From Balamuthia mandrillaris (taxonomy: Eukaryota), in contig JAVKOQ020000074.1 of NCBI GenBank assembly GCA_031835245.2, positions 62,001 to 126,000 on the forward strand: a stretch of 64,000 nucleotides of DNA. The letters run 5' to 3'. Positions within the stretch are counted from its first letter, which is position 1. Each line of letters starts with the position of its first letter. Below are positions 23,766 through 34,992 of this stretch, piece after piece. A program made the translations under genes and the position numbers. Below the pieces are notes generated by a model, which was not told where the DNA came from, searched no databases, and saw only the letters and a list, made by a program, of their open reading frames with translations.

Positions 23766-26367
23766 ATGAGCAACAAAAACAACAAAAAGAGACAGCGTCG
23801 TGTTGCTGCCGCTACCGGTGGCGAGGAACTCGCGGAGGAGAGGAAGGAGCAAACGGAGGCTTCTTCTTCTTCGAAGGAGGAGGAAGCAGCAGCAGTAGAA
23901 ACCTTTATCCCTGTCCTCAAAACCGAAGCGCCATCGCAGTCCGCTACCCAACAAAAGGGCTTCAAACGAAGGAAGAAGAACAAAGTGGAGTATTGGGAGC
24001 AACCGCGACCGCTCAGCGAGCGAGACTTGGAGGAGGAAGCGGAGTTGGAGGAGCTCGTCTTTGGTAAGCTTGGAGATGTGATCGACGACTTGGGTCATGA
24101 AGAGGAGGAGGAGGAGGAAGAAAACCAAAAGGAAGAAGCACAGGAAGAAAGCGAAGACGAAGAAGATGACGAAGTGAAAGCAGAAAACGAATTGACGTTT
24201 TGGGAGGATACGAAAGGAAGCAAAGAAGAAGAGGAAGGAAAGAAGAGAACAAAACAGTCAAAGGAGAACAAAAAGAAGAAAGGGAAAGCGGGACAAGAAG
24301 AGGACAACGGCTTGAAACCGGCGTGGCAGGATGCTGATGACGAGGCGTTGCGGGTCAATATTGGGGACTCAGCTCGTGCGAAGAAGCTCCGCAAAAAGGA
24401 GAAAGAGGTCGTCATCTCTGGAGAAGAGTATTCTCGTCGTCTCCGAGCAAAGTACGGTTCATCCTCTTCTTTAAATGCGTTTACCTTGCTATCTCTTGTG
24501 TTTTCTTGTTCTTCTTCTTCTTCTTCTTCTTGTTCTTCTTCTTCTTCTTCTTCTTCTTCTGCTTGTGCTTGTGCTTGTGCTTGTGCTTGTGCTTGTGCTT
24601 GTGCTTGTGCTTGTGCTTGTTCTTTGCATTGCTTTGCAAACTCAAAAACATGTAAACAACTGAAAGGTTTGAAGAGTTGAACCATCAAACTCCTGGAGGA
24701 CCCGAATGGGCCAAACTTCCTGAACAAAAAGACTCTGACTCTGAAGCTGACAGTGCTGGTATCGTTTCTTTCTTGCTTTGTTGTTCCTCTTTCTTCTTTC
24801 TTCTGGTTGCTTTCTTTCTTCACTCATTATTCCAAAACTGACTTAAAAATGAAGAAGAAGAGGATGATAGCGTGTTACGAACGACAAAGAGACTCGCTTC
24901 TTACAGCTCGGATCGTCTCCCACAAAGCTTCTTGCGGATTACTCGTCTCAAAGATGCCAACCAACATGATCGCTCCAAAGTATCTTTTACTTTCGCTCTT
25001 TCCTCTTTGTTGCTCCTCCCTTTCACTCTTCTCATTACACCTTCACTCATTTATTTTCTTTTCTACCTTTCTTGCACTATCTTCCTCTATTCTCATTTCT
25101 AATACAATTTTGAAGGCCGCAATTCAGTCAGTCAACTTTCATCCGAACGGACAGCTTTTATTAACGGCCGGCTACGACAAAACCCTTCGCATCTTCCAAG
25201 TGGACGGCAAACGAAACCCAAAGATGCAGAGCGTATTCTTCGAGGATACTCCTATCCACAAAGCCTCTTTCACTCCCGATGGGAAGGAAGCCATCGTTGT
25301 TGGTCGGAGAAAATGGTTCTACTCGTATGACATTGTTTCTGGCAAGATAAACAAAGTTGCCAATATTATGGGTTCGTTTTATTTCTCTTTCGTTTTGTCT
25401 GTTTTTTTTTTCTTATTACTTTCAATGAAAAAAACCTATACATAAAAAGGTCGTCAAGAAAAAAGTTTGGAGCATTGTTGGGTCTCTCCGGACAACAACT
25501 ATCTGGCCTTCGCTGGTAAGAACGGTTACATCATCCTTGTCTCCAACCGCAGCAAGAAATGGGTGGCCGACCTCAAAATGAACGGCTTTGTTCGAACGCT
25601 TGCCTTCTCTCCAGACTCTCGCTCCCTGCTCTCCTCGGGAGCGGATGGGCTGGTCTACGAGTGGGACATGCGCACTCATCGATGCAGACGCACTTGGCAT
25701 GACGAGGGAGGGAGCAAGGGTACTGCTCTTGGTCTTTCTCCAGATGGCTCTTACATTGCTACCGGGTACACTGCGCGTGCACACTCTTTTCCTACCTCCT
25801 CTCTCTTCCCCTTCTCCTCTTTCTTTTTGTATTTTCTTTTGATGTTGGAATACACTAACCCAAGTGATACAGGTCCGAAAGCGGAGTGGTGAACATCTAT
25901 AACTCGAACGACACACAGCAAAATGCTCACCCTAAACCTCTCAAAGCCATCATGAACTTGACCACCTCCACCAACGTCCTAAAGTTCAACTCTGATTCTC
26001 AGCTTCTGGCCATGACCTCCCGACAAAAGCGAGATGGTGGCCTCAAAATGGTTTATTGTCTTGCCCTCTCTACTCTTTCTTCTTTCGTTCTCTACTTTCC
26101 TCAGTCTCGTTCTCTTAGTCTATTGTTCTCTGCCCTCCCTCCCTCCCTCCCTCAAAGGAACTCTGTGATTCTTAATCATTTATTCTATCAAAAAACAAAC
26201 AGGTACATGTGCCATCATTCACAGTATTCCCCAACTGGCCGCATGCACGAACGCCGCTGAACTACATCTCCGACCTGGACTTCAGTCCAAACAGCGGCTA
26301 CATGGCCATCGGCAACGACAAAGGAAGGGTCCTTCTCTACCGTCTCAACCACTATGATACCGCTTAA
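23766..26367 (+). CDS. UTP18: U3 snoRNA-associated protein 18 (WD40)
   Basis: EAELEELVFG, KPAWQDADDE, ISGEEYSRRLR, RLKDAN, IQSVNFHPNGQLLLTAGYDKTLRIFQVDGKRNPKMQS, C-terminal GNDKGRVLLYRLNHY. Confidence 0.93.
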
Positions 26368-26577
26368 CCTTTTGCTGCTTTTTATATTTTGAACGACACA
26401 TAAATTATATCCCATTATTTATACTCCTTTTTAAAATTATTATTAATTTGCAGCAACGTGACAGCACGTGAACTCATTATGGTGACCTCGAAAAGTTGAG
26501 TTTTGTTGTTGTTCCTTTTTGTTGTTGAGATAGAAAAATTTATTTATTTTTTGTTACAATAACAACCAACTACGGCA

Positions 26578-28316
26578 ATGCGGGCGGGCAAACAGAACAA
26601 AGAGGCAGACTTCACCCCCGTGGATGCTCCCGACTTGACCCCGCGCCTCTGCCCTCCTCCTGCTTCGTTCGTTCCGCCTCCACCCGATGATGAGACAGAT
26701 CTTCAAGTGCGTATTCATCCATTTTTTTTTTTCTCTGATAAACATTGCTTACGTTTCATGTTTGTCTTTGGTGGGCACAGCAAGGGGGTACCATCCCAGA
26801 GGGGCATTCCGATGCATTGACGACGGAAGAGGCTCTCTCTGTCATAGAGAGATATGTGGAAGGGACGTGGTGGAGGGAACGAGGGGCAACCAGAAGGATC
26901 TTGGTGGAGGACTTTTCTCCGGGCAATGCCTATCACGTTACCCTCGAGTCCTTCACAGAGGAGCGCCAAACCGTGCCGGTGTATCGTCCCTATAGGTACC
27001 CCATCTTCCTGTTCTTCTCTTTTTTTTTGCTAGTTGCTTTCTTCCCAACCGAAAAAAATAACTTAGGGGTGGGGAGAAGGTTGACGAGGCGTCTCAAGGC
27101 CGCCAACCGCCGCATCCTTGGTCTGTGGATGTCCGACCAAGCGCCTACTTTGTGGACAAAAAGGTATCCGTGCCGTTGCCTCACACAGATAACGTCCAAC
27201 GCTGCTTTGAATGTTGGGGTAATGCTGTTGTTTTTTTCTTTTGCCCGTGTCCTTCCTTCATTCCAACCGCCATCGCCCATTCTTGTTTTGTATAACAACA
27301 GGACGGGGTCGCAAGGATTGCCAAAAGTGCGAGGCAACCGGAAGCAAAACCTGCAAGCGGTGCGGCGGGGAGGGTAAAGTGAGAGCGCGCGATCGCCACG
27401 ACCACGCCCACCATCACCGCGACGAGGATTACGACAAGGAGCCGTGCCGCGACTGTCAGGCCGGCAAAGTCCGGTGCGGCCAGTGCGGCGGCACCGGTAT
27501 GCGTCTCCTCCCACCCATTTGGTGGTCATGTTTTTGCATGCGACTACTAACCTTGGGTTCGCGTTCTTGTTCTCTTCTTCTATCTTTATTTGTTATTTGA
27601 AAAGGATCCACTCGATGCGCCACTTGCGAAGGGGAGGGCATGCTGCTTCACTCCATACGATTGGACGTGCGGTGGAAGACCAAGGTGGATGACCGACTGC
27701 TCGACTACTCTGCGCTCGACCGGGACCTGGAGGGCAGTTCATCCTCGTCAGAAAGCGCGCCTCTGCTGGGTGGCAAGGACCCCAAGAGGAGCGAGCTGCC
27801 GAGCTTTCTCAATGCAAAGAAGTTCCGTAAAGGCGGTGGCGTGCTGCTCCACCACGAGACGGCCAATCTCTTGCCTTTGACCGACCACAGGACCGGTCTT
27901 CGCGTTGCTCCGAACGTGAACAATGGCGTGAACACGATGCTGCAGGAGGCCATTGTCTCCGATCGGTACATCCACCACCAAAGGCTGAAGATCAGGGGAA
28001 TGCCTTTGTACAAGGTATCTGTCGCTCCTCATTTTTCTCTTCTTTCTCTTTCAGCGTTTCTCTCCTCGTTCATCGCTTCTCTTTCTCGGTCTTCTTGTTC
28101 TCCTTCCTCTGACTTCTTGGGTGAAAGATGGTGTACAGAGACAATGGCGAGAGGAAGGTATTGTGGGTGTACGGCACTGAGAGGAAGGTATACATGCCTG
28201 ACTACCCTCTGTCCACCTCAAGAATCAGCCTCTTCATATTGGTGTCGACTCTGATTGGTGTGCTTGTGGCGGTTGGTGTTGCTGTGGGCGTTGTCGTTCC
28301 GTTTGTGTTGTTATGA
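26578..28316 (+). CDS. SSUH2: SSUH2-like protein with CxxCxGxG zinc-finger repeats and a C-terminal TM helix
   Basis: TLESFTEERQT...PY, PPHPWSV, VPLPHTDNVQRCFEC, repeated CxxCxGxG motifs, HHQRLKIRGMP, WVYGTERKVYMPDYP. Confidence 0.82.
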
Positions 28317-28481
28317 GGGACCTGCCTCCACCTTCAACCTGATCATAGATGTGTATTGTAGCCAAGTTGCTACCATTGAATTGTGGTGCACCCCATGGTA
28401 GCTGTTACAAAAAGGGAGAAGAGTTTATGTTCAAATAACAATAAAGAAAAGAAGTAAGGGTAAACGTTCTCAGCGACAACG

Positions 28482-29591
28482 TCATTCAAACTTCATAAAG
28501 TTCTTTGGGTCTTGTGGCAGTTGTCCAGAGAACTCAGCTCCAGAAAAGTCAAAGCCTGGATGCTGTTTGTGGATGAGAGACAAACAACGGAAGAATAAGA
28601 GAATGCATCAAAAGAAAAAGCCAGACAGAAGGAACGAAAGAAAGGTGGGAGAGAAACGAACCTCTCCTTGAAAACGTTCGAGCAACATCTTTTTTTCCAT
28701 TTGGTCGGCAGTGAAGGGATCCAGCTCGTGCTCTCCCTGGATAAGGGCTTTCCAGGACTGATGCGCGATGCTCTTGGACAACACAATGTTCACCACTTTG
28801 TTATCCTCTGCGCACAAAACGCATCAGAAGAGAACGAGGAGAAGGAGAGCCACGAAGGGGGCAGGATAGAGAGGAGAACGATGAAGAGAAGAGACGGACG
28901 AAGAAGACGAGCAACAAAAGAGAACAGCGAAGGAGACCACAAGAGAAGAGAAGAGCATCCAAGAGAAGCACAGAAGGAAAGAGCAAAACACCAAAGAGAA
29001 GAGAAAGGGCATATGACCTAGCGTCCAGATGCTGTCTTTGGCCTTCACTTTGGCGAAAAGGGGTCCCTGAAGTGTCACCGCTCATGCCGTGAGTGAGTGG
29101 CACTAAAACAAAAACGAACACACAGATGAGAAGCAAAGAGAGCGAAGAGCGAAGAGAAGAACAAGAAGAAGAAGAAGAACAAGAACAAGAAGAACAAGAA
29201 CAAGAAGAGAGAGAGAGAGAACTACAAAGAGTGGAAGGAAAGCAGACAAAGGGAGCCAAAAAAAAAACTTGAATTCAAGTACGCACCTCGACCAAGGCGG
29301 TGGTTTGCGCCTTGAGCTTCACCTTGAGGTGGTCGGATTTGATGAGCACCTCCAAGTCCCTGCCGCGCGTTCCCTCCGGCACTGGCACCTGCACACGAAC
29401 CTCATCAATGGTCTGCGTCCAGTCATAGTTGGGCGTGTGAGCATCCACCGTCCCTATTGAATTTTTTTTAGTGTCATCATCATTATCATCAGAGAAAACA
29501 TCAAGATTTTGAAGGGGGTTGTTGTGGAGTGTGAGAGTGAACAAAAAAAGCCAAGAGAGAGACCTGCTTTCTCATCAAACATGGTCGACAT
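28482..29591 (-). CDS. NUDCD2: NudC domain-containing protein 2 (CS/p23 domain co-chaperone)
   Basis: MSTMFDEKA|GTVDAHTPNYDWTQTIDEV..., DQMEKKMLLERFQGE|HPGFDFSGAEFSG. Confidence 0.9.
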
Positions 29592-29956
29592 TGGTGAACC
29601 GATGCAAACGGGGGAAGAACAAAACGAATTGAAGGCACAGCGCGTGTGTGTGTGTGGTTCGACCAGACAATCGTTTCTTTTTTTCTTTTCTTTTCTTTTT
29701 TTTTAAAAAAAAAATCGGTGAGGCAGAGGAGGGTGGGCAGAGAGAGCGTCGCTTTTGCATCGTGGAGGTTATCGATCTTCACACAACCTCAAACTACCAC
29801 AAAAAAACAATAACTCAAGCACAGAAAGAAAGAATGGGATCGATGGAAACGATAACGGATGATGGAGAAAAAAAAATATAATTCATTTTTGTTTTGTTTG
29901 TTTAACCACAAAAAAAAAAGTAATCACAGTGAAGCCGCTACTGCTGCTGCTGCTAC

Positions 29957-30217
29957 TTAGTTGTGGGTGGCCTTGAGCTTCTCCACGAGTTCGACGTACT
30001 CACGGCGGGCCTCCTCCTGGGAGGTGCCCTTGAGCTTGTCCCAGGCGTCCCACTTGGCCCTGGCCTCCAGCTGCACGGCCCAAGGCTGGGAGGTGTTGTT
30101 GTCGCCCACGGTGGCCTGCTTGTAGAGGGCGTAGAGGCGGAGGAGGGTGTCGTTGTCGGGCCTCTTCTTGAGCTGCTTGGCCTCCTCGGCCGCCTTCTGG
30201 AACTCTGCCTCAGACAT
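29957..30217 (-). CDS. ACBP: Acyl-CoA-binding protein (86 aa, intronless)
   Basis: LLRLYALYKQATVGD...AKWDAWDKLKGTSQEEARREYVELVEKL. Confidence 0.97.
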   Translation of the reverse strand: MSEAEFQKAAEEAKQLKKRPDNDTLLRLYALYKQATVGDNNTSQPWAVQLEARAKWDAWDKLKGTSQEEARREYVELVEKLKATHN

Positions 30218-30430
30218 TTGCTGCTTTTCTTTTTTTCTGCTACAAAATAAAAATAAAAAGAAAAGAAAAGAATTTTTTGATTTGTCAAATGTGTCGACGA
30301 AAATGAAAACGCCAGCGATTCGGACGAAATCCCAAAGAAAGCAACAGGTTACGCGTCGTCATGGGATATTAATCGTGTCGTCGTGGGTTGAGGTACGCGT
30401 ACCTCAAAAGAAAGCGGCGAAGAGAGAGAG

Positions 30431-30902
30431 ATGGCCTCGTCGACGGTGAGCGCACGGGCGGAGGCGTTGCGCCTCTACAGAGATGTGCTGCGGGCGACCA
30501 GGATGTTCTCACATACTAGGAACGAACAAGGACAATCGATGTACGTACGTCCTCCAGATTCACTGTTCTTCTTTTTTTTTTTCTTGGGGGTGCTTCTTAT
30601 GTGATGTTGATGCAAGAGATGAGAAACATTAGGAGTGAAGTCTTGCGACGCAGCGCAAGGCAAGAGTTTGAAGCGGGTCGCTCAGAAACTGACCCTGAAC
30701 TCGTCGCAAAGATGTTGATCACTGGCAGAGACTGTCTCATGCAAGTGCAAGAAAAGGTCTCTCGCTCTTCTCCCTTCTCGCTTCTACTTCTCCTCCTATT
30801 TCTCCACTAAAGTACTTTTCTCATGGACAAAAGGTTGCTAAGAAACAAGTTGAGCTTCACACGAACCCTCCCTCAAGTTCTTCTCCTACGGAGCATTCAT
30901 AG
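30431..30902 (+). CDS. LYR-motif (complex I LYR family) mitochondrial protein
   Basis: MASSTVSARAEALRLYRDVLRATRMF...|SEVLRRSARQEFEAGRSETDPELVAKMLITGRD; three exons. Confidence 0.85.
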
Positions 30903-30986
30903 TCCTCTTTTCTTCGTCTCTCTGTTTTGTACAAAACAAACAAAAAAAATATGCACAAGCCCTTCTTCGTCCTCCTTCGTCCTCCT

Positions 30987-32165
30987 TCATTGCACTTCCT
31001 CTTCTTCTTCTTCTGGCAAAAGAAGGTCGGGACAACGCTCAGCCAACGGATGTGGCGGCGGCTTCAACTGTCGTCGTTCCTCCAACACGTGTTGCACGTA
31101 AGCCTCTTCCCACCGACGTATCTTTTGTTTGTGCGCGTTAAACGGTTTGAAGAAGGAAAAGAGAGGAAGAAACAACAAACAAAAAAGAGACTGACCAGCT
31201 TTACGATAGGCTTCTCTCCTTCAGCGGTGAGCAAACGGGTGTGCACGGTGAGCAAGCCGTGCAGGTTGCCAAAGAGCACGTCGGTGAGATAGCGGTCTCC
31301 CACGACCACCGTTTCCTGTGCTGTTGGAATGGCAGGAAGAGAGGAGGAGGACGGTGATGGATTCTTCTTGTTGTTGTGGAGTTCTTGATGGATGCGAGCA
31401 AAGTGTTCTCTTACACTGGCATAGCCTAATGGTTTCTTCCAGATGGAAAGAAAGCAGAGAGAAGCAGAGAAGCAGGGAGAGGAGAAGAACGAAGAAGAAC
31501 CATAAAGCAGGTTAGCGGAGGAACAGAACGACCAAAGAGGAGGAGCCATCAGGTGCCTTTTGTAAGTGGCGTAGCACCGGCACTCCGAGAGTGCGTTCCA
31601 GCTGTAGCGCCTCCGCATGCCGGGGGTCGTCTGGAGAGCCTGCAGAGTTCGAGAAGACCACCACACCTTCCTTGCCAAACACAGAAACACACTCTCCAAA
31701 GGAGGACTAAAGAGAGAGAGAGAGAGAGAGAGCAAGAGCAAGAGCAAGAGCAAGAGCAAGAGCAAGAGCAAGAGCAAGAGCAAGAGCAAGAGCAAGAGCA
31801 AGAGCAAGAGCAAGAGCAAGAGCAAGAGCAAGAGCAAGAGCAAGAGCAAGAGCATCGTTAACTTGGAAGCAAGCTTACAGGGAGAAAAAGAGTTTGGCAA
31901 AGGGAGAAGGACAGAGAGAGAGAGAGAGAGAGAGAGAAGAGTAGTTCAAAACCTGAACAAGAGGGTGAACAGAGGGAGAGTAGGGAGCGGTGAGGGTGTT
32001 GTCCTTGTCAAACACGACGGCCCGGCAGCCCGCCTCGCGCAGCCGAGTCCACCGGATCTGCCCGAGGTCCCTCGCTTTGAAGTGGGGGCAGAGCAGGTGT
32101 TGCCTCCCCGTGGCCAGCACCTGCACCAACGTCCGCACCCCGCCGCCATTCCAGCTCTGCCCCAT
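30987..32165 (-). CDS. GEP4: Phosphatidylglycerophosphate phosphatase, GEP4/YqeG-like HAD IIIA
   Basis: MGQSWN start, AVVFDKDNTLTAPY, VVFSNSAG..DD, KP, VVVGDRYLTDVLFGNLHG. Confidence 0.88.
31729..31853. repeat. (GAGCAA)n hexamer microsatellite in a GEP4-like intron
   Basis: Read directly. Confidence 0.9.
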
Positions 32166-32327
32166 CTTCCCTCTCCTTCTGCTACGTCGACGTGAAATAA
32201 ACATCGTGTCGTCGTGATTTTATTTTTTCCTGGAAAAATTCCGCGATAATTATTGAGTGGACAAAATTTTTTCAATATATATCGAAACGCTTCCGATATA
32301 GAGGCAAGCTTCCAACAAAAGCTTTTT

Positions 32328-33962
32328 TTATTTTTGTGTGTCGGTGTTTTTGTTGTTTGTGCAGTTTCGCGCCTTGTCCTTCTTATGCTTCTCATCACAA
32401 GGACAGGTATACCCCTTCTTTCCTCTATGCCAAAAGATCACATCATGAAATTCCATCCTCTCTGCTAAGATGCAAGTGTATTCATCCCAAGGACAGCCGT
32501 GTCGCCTCAGCCACCGCAGCACCTTTGCGCAATCTTCTCGGGGTCTTCCAACAGCAGCAGCAGCACAGGTCCGCTCATCCCAAGGGCACCCTTCTGCATG
32601 TAGCCATTTCAACAAGGTCAACCCGTTTGTGCGGTTTTGTGCTGCTGCTTCACAGGTTGTCTCGTCCCAAGGGCATCCATGCGCTCTGGCCCACTGCAGC
32701 ACTTCCAAATGTCCATTGCGAGCGGCATATGTGCAGGTCCGCGCATCCCAAGGGCATCCACGTTCTCTAACCCATTGCAGCGCATGCAAGTGTCCCTGGG
32801 AAGCCGCCGCAGCACAGGCCCTTTCATCCCAACGAAACAAGGCTCCGTGGTTGTTCTGTTGAGCATGCAGATACTGAAGCACAGCAACATTGCCGCCAAC
32901 AGCAGCAGCTTCCCACATCGTGGAATTCCACGGACAGCCGTTTGCTCTGGCCCACTGCAACATTTCCAAGTCTCCATTCCTGGCCGCATGTTTACATACT
33001 TGGGAGCTCCAAGGGCATCCTTGCTCTCGCAGCCACTTGAGCATCCCCAAGTGTCCCCGCATAGCAGCTGCCTCACAGATCATCGCGTGCCAATCACATC
33101 CTTTGCCTCTAAGCCATTGCATCACTTCCAGGCTGCCTCCTTCAGCAGCAGAGACCATAAGGGAGGTGCGTGACCAGTGAGCAATGCTCCCTATTTTTTC
33201 GGCCCATTGCAAGATGTGAAGGTGGCGACCTTTGGCAGCTGCATTCTGGAGAGAAGACAAGGTTAACACATCCCAAGGCACTGCCATGTGTGCAACGATC
33301 CATTGCAGCACTTCTAAGTGACCTTCTTCTGCAGCGGCAACGTAAGTGTGATAATCCCAGGGACACCCTTTTTCCTTCAACCAACGCAGCACCTCCAAGT
33401 GGCCCATTCGTGCCGCAGCAGCACAAACAGAAGGCACAAGAAGGCGGACGCCTCGTTGTTCTGGTTCTTGTTCTTCCACGGAAACCAGCCATTGCAAGAC
33501 CTCGAGGTGAGCCCCTCTCGCCGCTGCAGGTGCGATCTCTTGGGCCAACACCGGGAAGCCATGCTTGCGTAACCACTTGAGGATGTGAAGTTGTCCTTGC
33601 TCGGCAGCTGCAACGCAGCAGGCAGCAGGTTTGGCAGGGGTTAGGCCATTCCGTCGAGCCCAACGTAGCAAGGGGATGCTGCTGCTGATTGCCCGCGCCC
33701 CAAGCTTGTTGCGAAGGGAAGAGGGACAGCAGGAGTACCAGCGCCGACAGGTCCGAGCAGCTATGCCTGCCGCGCCCGGCGGCAAGTGGGCCAAGAGGGT
33801 GTAGAGGAGATCGTCCGGAAGCAGCTCATTTATCCAACAACATCGTTGTTGTTCCTCTTCGTTGGGGTGAGGCGCTTTTTGTGGCTCTTCTTCCTTCTCT
33901 ATTTCTTCCGGTCGGCTTCGGACGGGGAAGAAAGAATACAACGTCCTTTGTCGCTTGTTCAT
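32328..33962 (-). CDS. Intronless PIP-box / F-box-like / ankyrin-repeat protein of the GCPW giant-virus-like type (544 aa)
   Basis: Single uninterrupted ORF; QRTLYSFF at aa 5-12; LLPDDLLYTLLAHL...RTCRRW; many AAxxGHLEVLQWxRxxGCPWD repeats. Confidence 0.88.
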   Translation of the reverse strand: MNKRQRTLYSFFPVRSRPEEIEKEEEPQKAPHPNEEEQQRCCWINELLPDDLLYTLLAHLPPGAAGIAARTCRRWYSCCPSSLRNKLGARAISSSIPLLRWARRNGLTPAKPAACCVAAAEQGQLHILKWLRKHGFPVLAQEIAPAAARGAHLEVLQWLVSVEEQEPEQRGVRLLVPSVCAAAARMGHLEVLRWLKEKGCPWDYHTYVAAAEEGHLEVLQWIVAHMAVPWDVLTLSSLQNAAAKGRHLHILQWAEKIGSIAHWSRTSLMVSAAEGGSLEVMQWLRGKGCDWHAMICEAAAMRGHLGMLKWLREQGCPWSSQVCKHAARNGDLEMLQWARANGCPWNSTMWEAAAVGGNVAVLQYLHAQQNNHGALFRWDERACAAAASQGHLHALQWVRERGCPWDARTCTYAARNGHLEVLQWARAHGCPWDETTCEAAAQNRTNGLTLLKWLHAEGCPWDERTCAAAAVGRPREDCAKVLRWLRRHGCPWDEYTCILAERMEFHDVIFWHRGKKGYTCPCDEKHKKDKARNCTNNKNTDTQK

Positions 33963-34230
33963 CTGTTTTTTGCTTCTCGCTGGAGCTCTTTTTCTTCTTC
34001 TTCTTCCTGTAATTATTTAGTGCACCCTGGTGGTTGTGGCTGGTCGAATCTGCGGTGAAAACAAAGGAGGACAGGGGAGCAGAGGCGGCCTGCTGCTCGT
34101 TGCCCCGAAGGCCAGGGTTGCGGCAAGGACGACGAGGTTGCTGCTTGGTGTTTGAAGGCCTTAAGCCATGGGCCTCTTTTCTTTTTCTTTTTATTATTAT
34201 TTATTTTTTGAAGTTTCGTTGTTATAAACT

Positions 34231-34283
<53 letters not shown>

Positions 34284-34298
34284 ACTGGCGATGAGATA

Positions 34299-34948
34299 TC
34301 ACAGGAGCAAGACCTCAATGGAATAGTCGGGCTTCTGTTTGAGATAGAGCCTTTCTTCTTTCGGCTTGTTGGCTCTTCCCTCCATCTGCGCTCTCCGCCT
34401 CTCGTAAGAGGATTGTAGATGCTGGATGTAGCCCTGGAGATCTTCCAACTTCTCGCAAACTTTGAGCTCCTCCTCGATAACGGTTTTGACCTCGCGCACG
34501 AGGGAGTGGCACTCCTCCATCAGAATGATGCTTGACAAGTGGCTGTCGATGAGCAAGTTTATCCAGTCGACCACCTTTTATTTTATTGTTTTGTTTTGTT
34601 AGCTCAAAAAAAAAAGACAATAGAGAGAACGAGAGAGAGAGAAAGAGAGTAAAGATCAGAAAGACTAATCATAACGACTCATGACAAAATGTCAATAGCG
34701 ATTGAGCAATTTTCATCTTTTTGTTGATGAGAGAAAATGGAGAGAGGGAGAGAGGGAGAGAGAGAGAGTGAGAGAGTGAGAGAGAGAGAGAGAGAGAGAA
34801 TGAGTACATTAGCCAATGGAGGAATGACCCAGTGCATTTTTTTGCTGGCTTTAGTGTTGCTGGTGGTACGACAGTAGTACAGCACCCATGATTTAAGATG
34901 AGAAAGAAGATGCTGTTTATTGGGTAATTTGTGGTTAGTCAGAGCAAG

Positions 34949-34992
<44 letters not shown>

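Noticed and set aside
24980..25116. GTATCTTTT donor resembling a U12-type intron in UTP18
   Set aside because: It mismatches GTATCCTT and has no clear TCCTTAAC branch site; the T-rich donor fits the local intron style.
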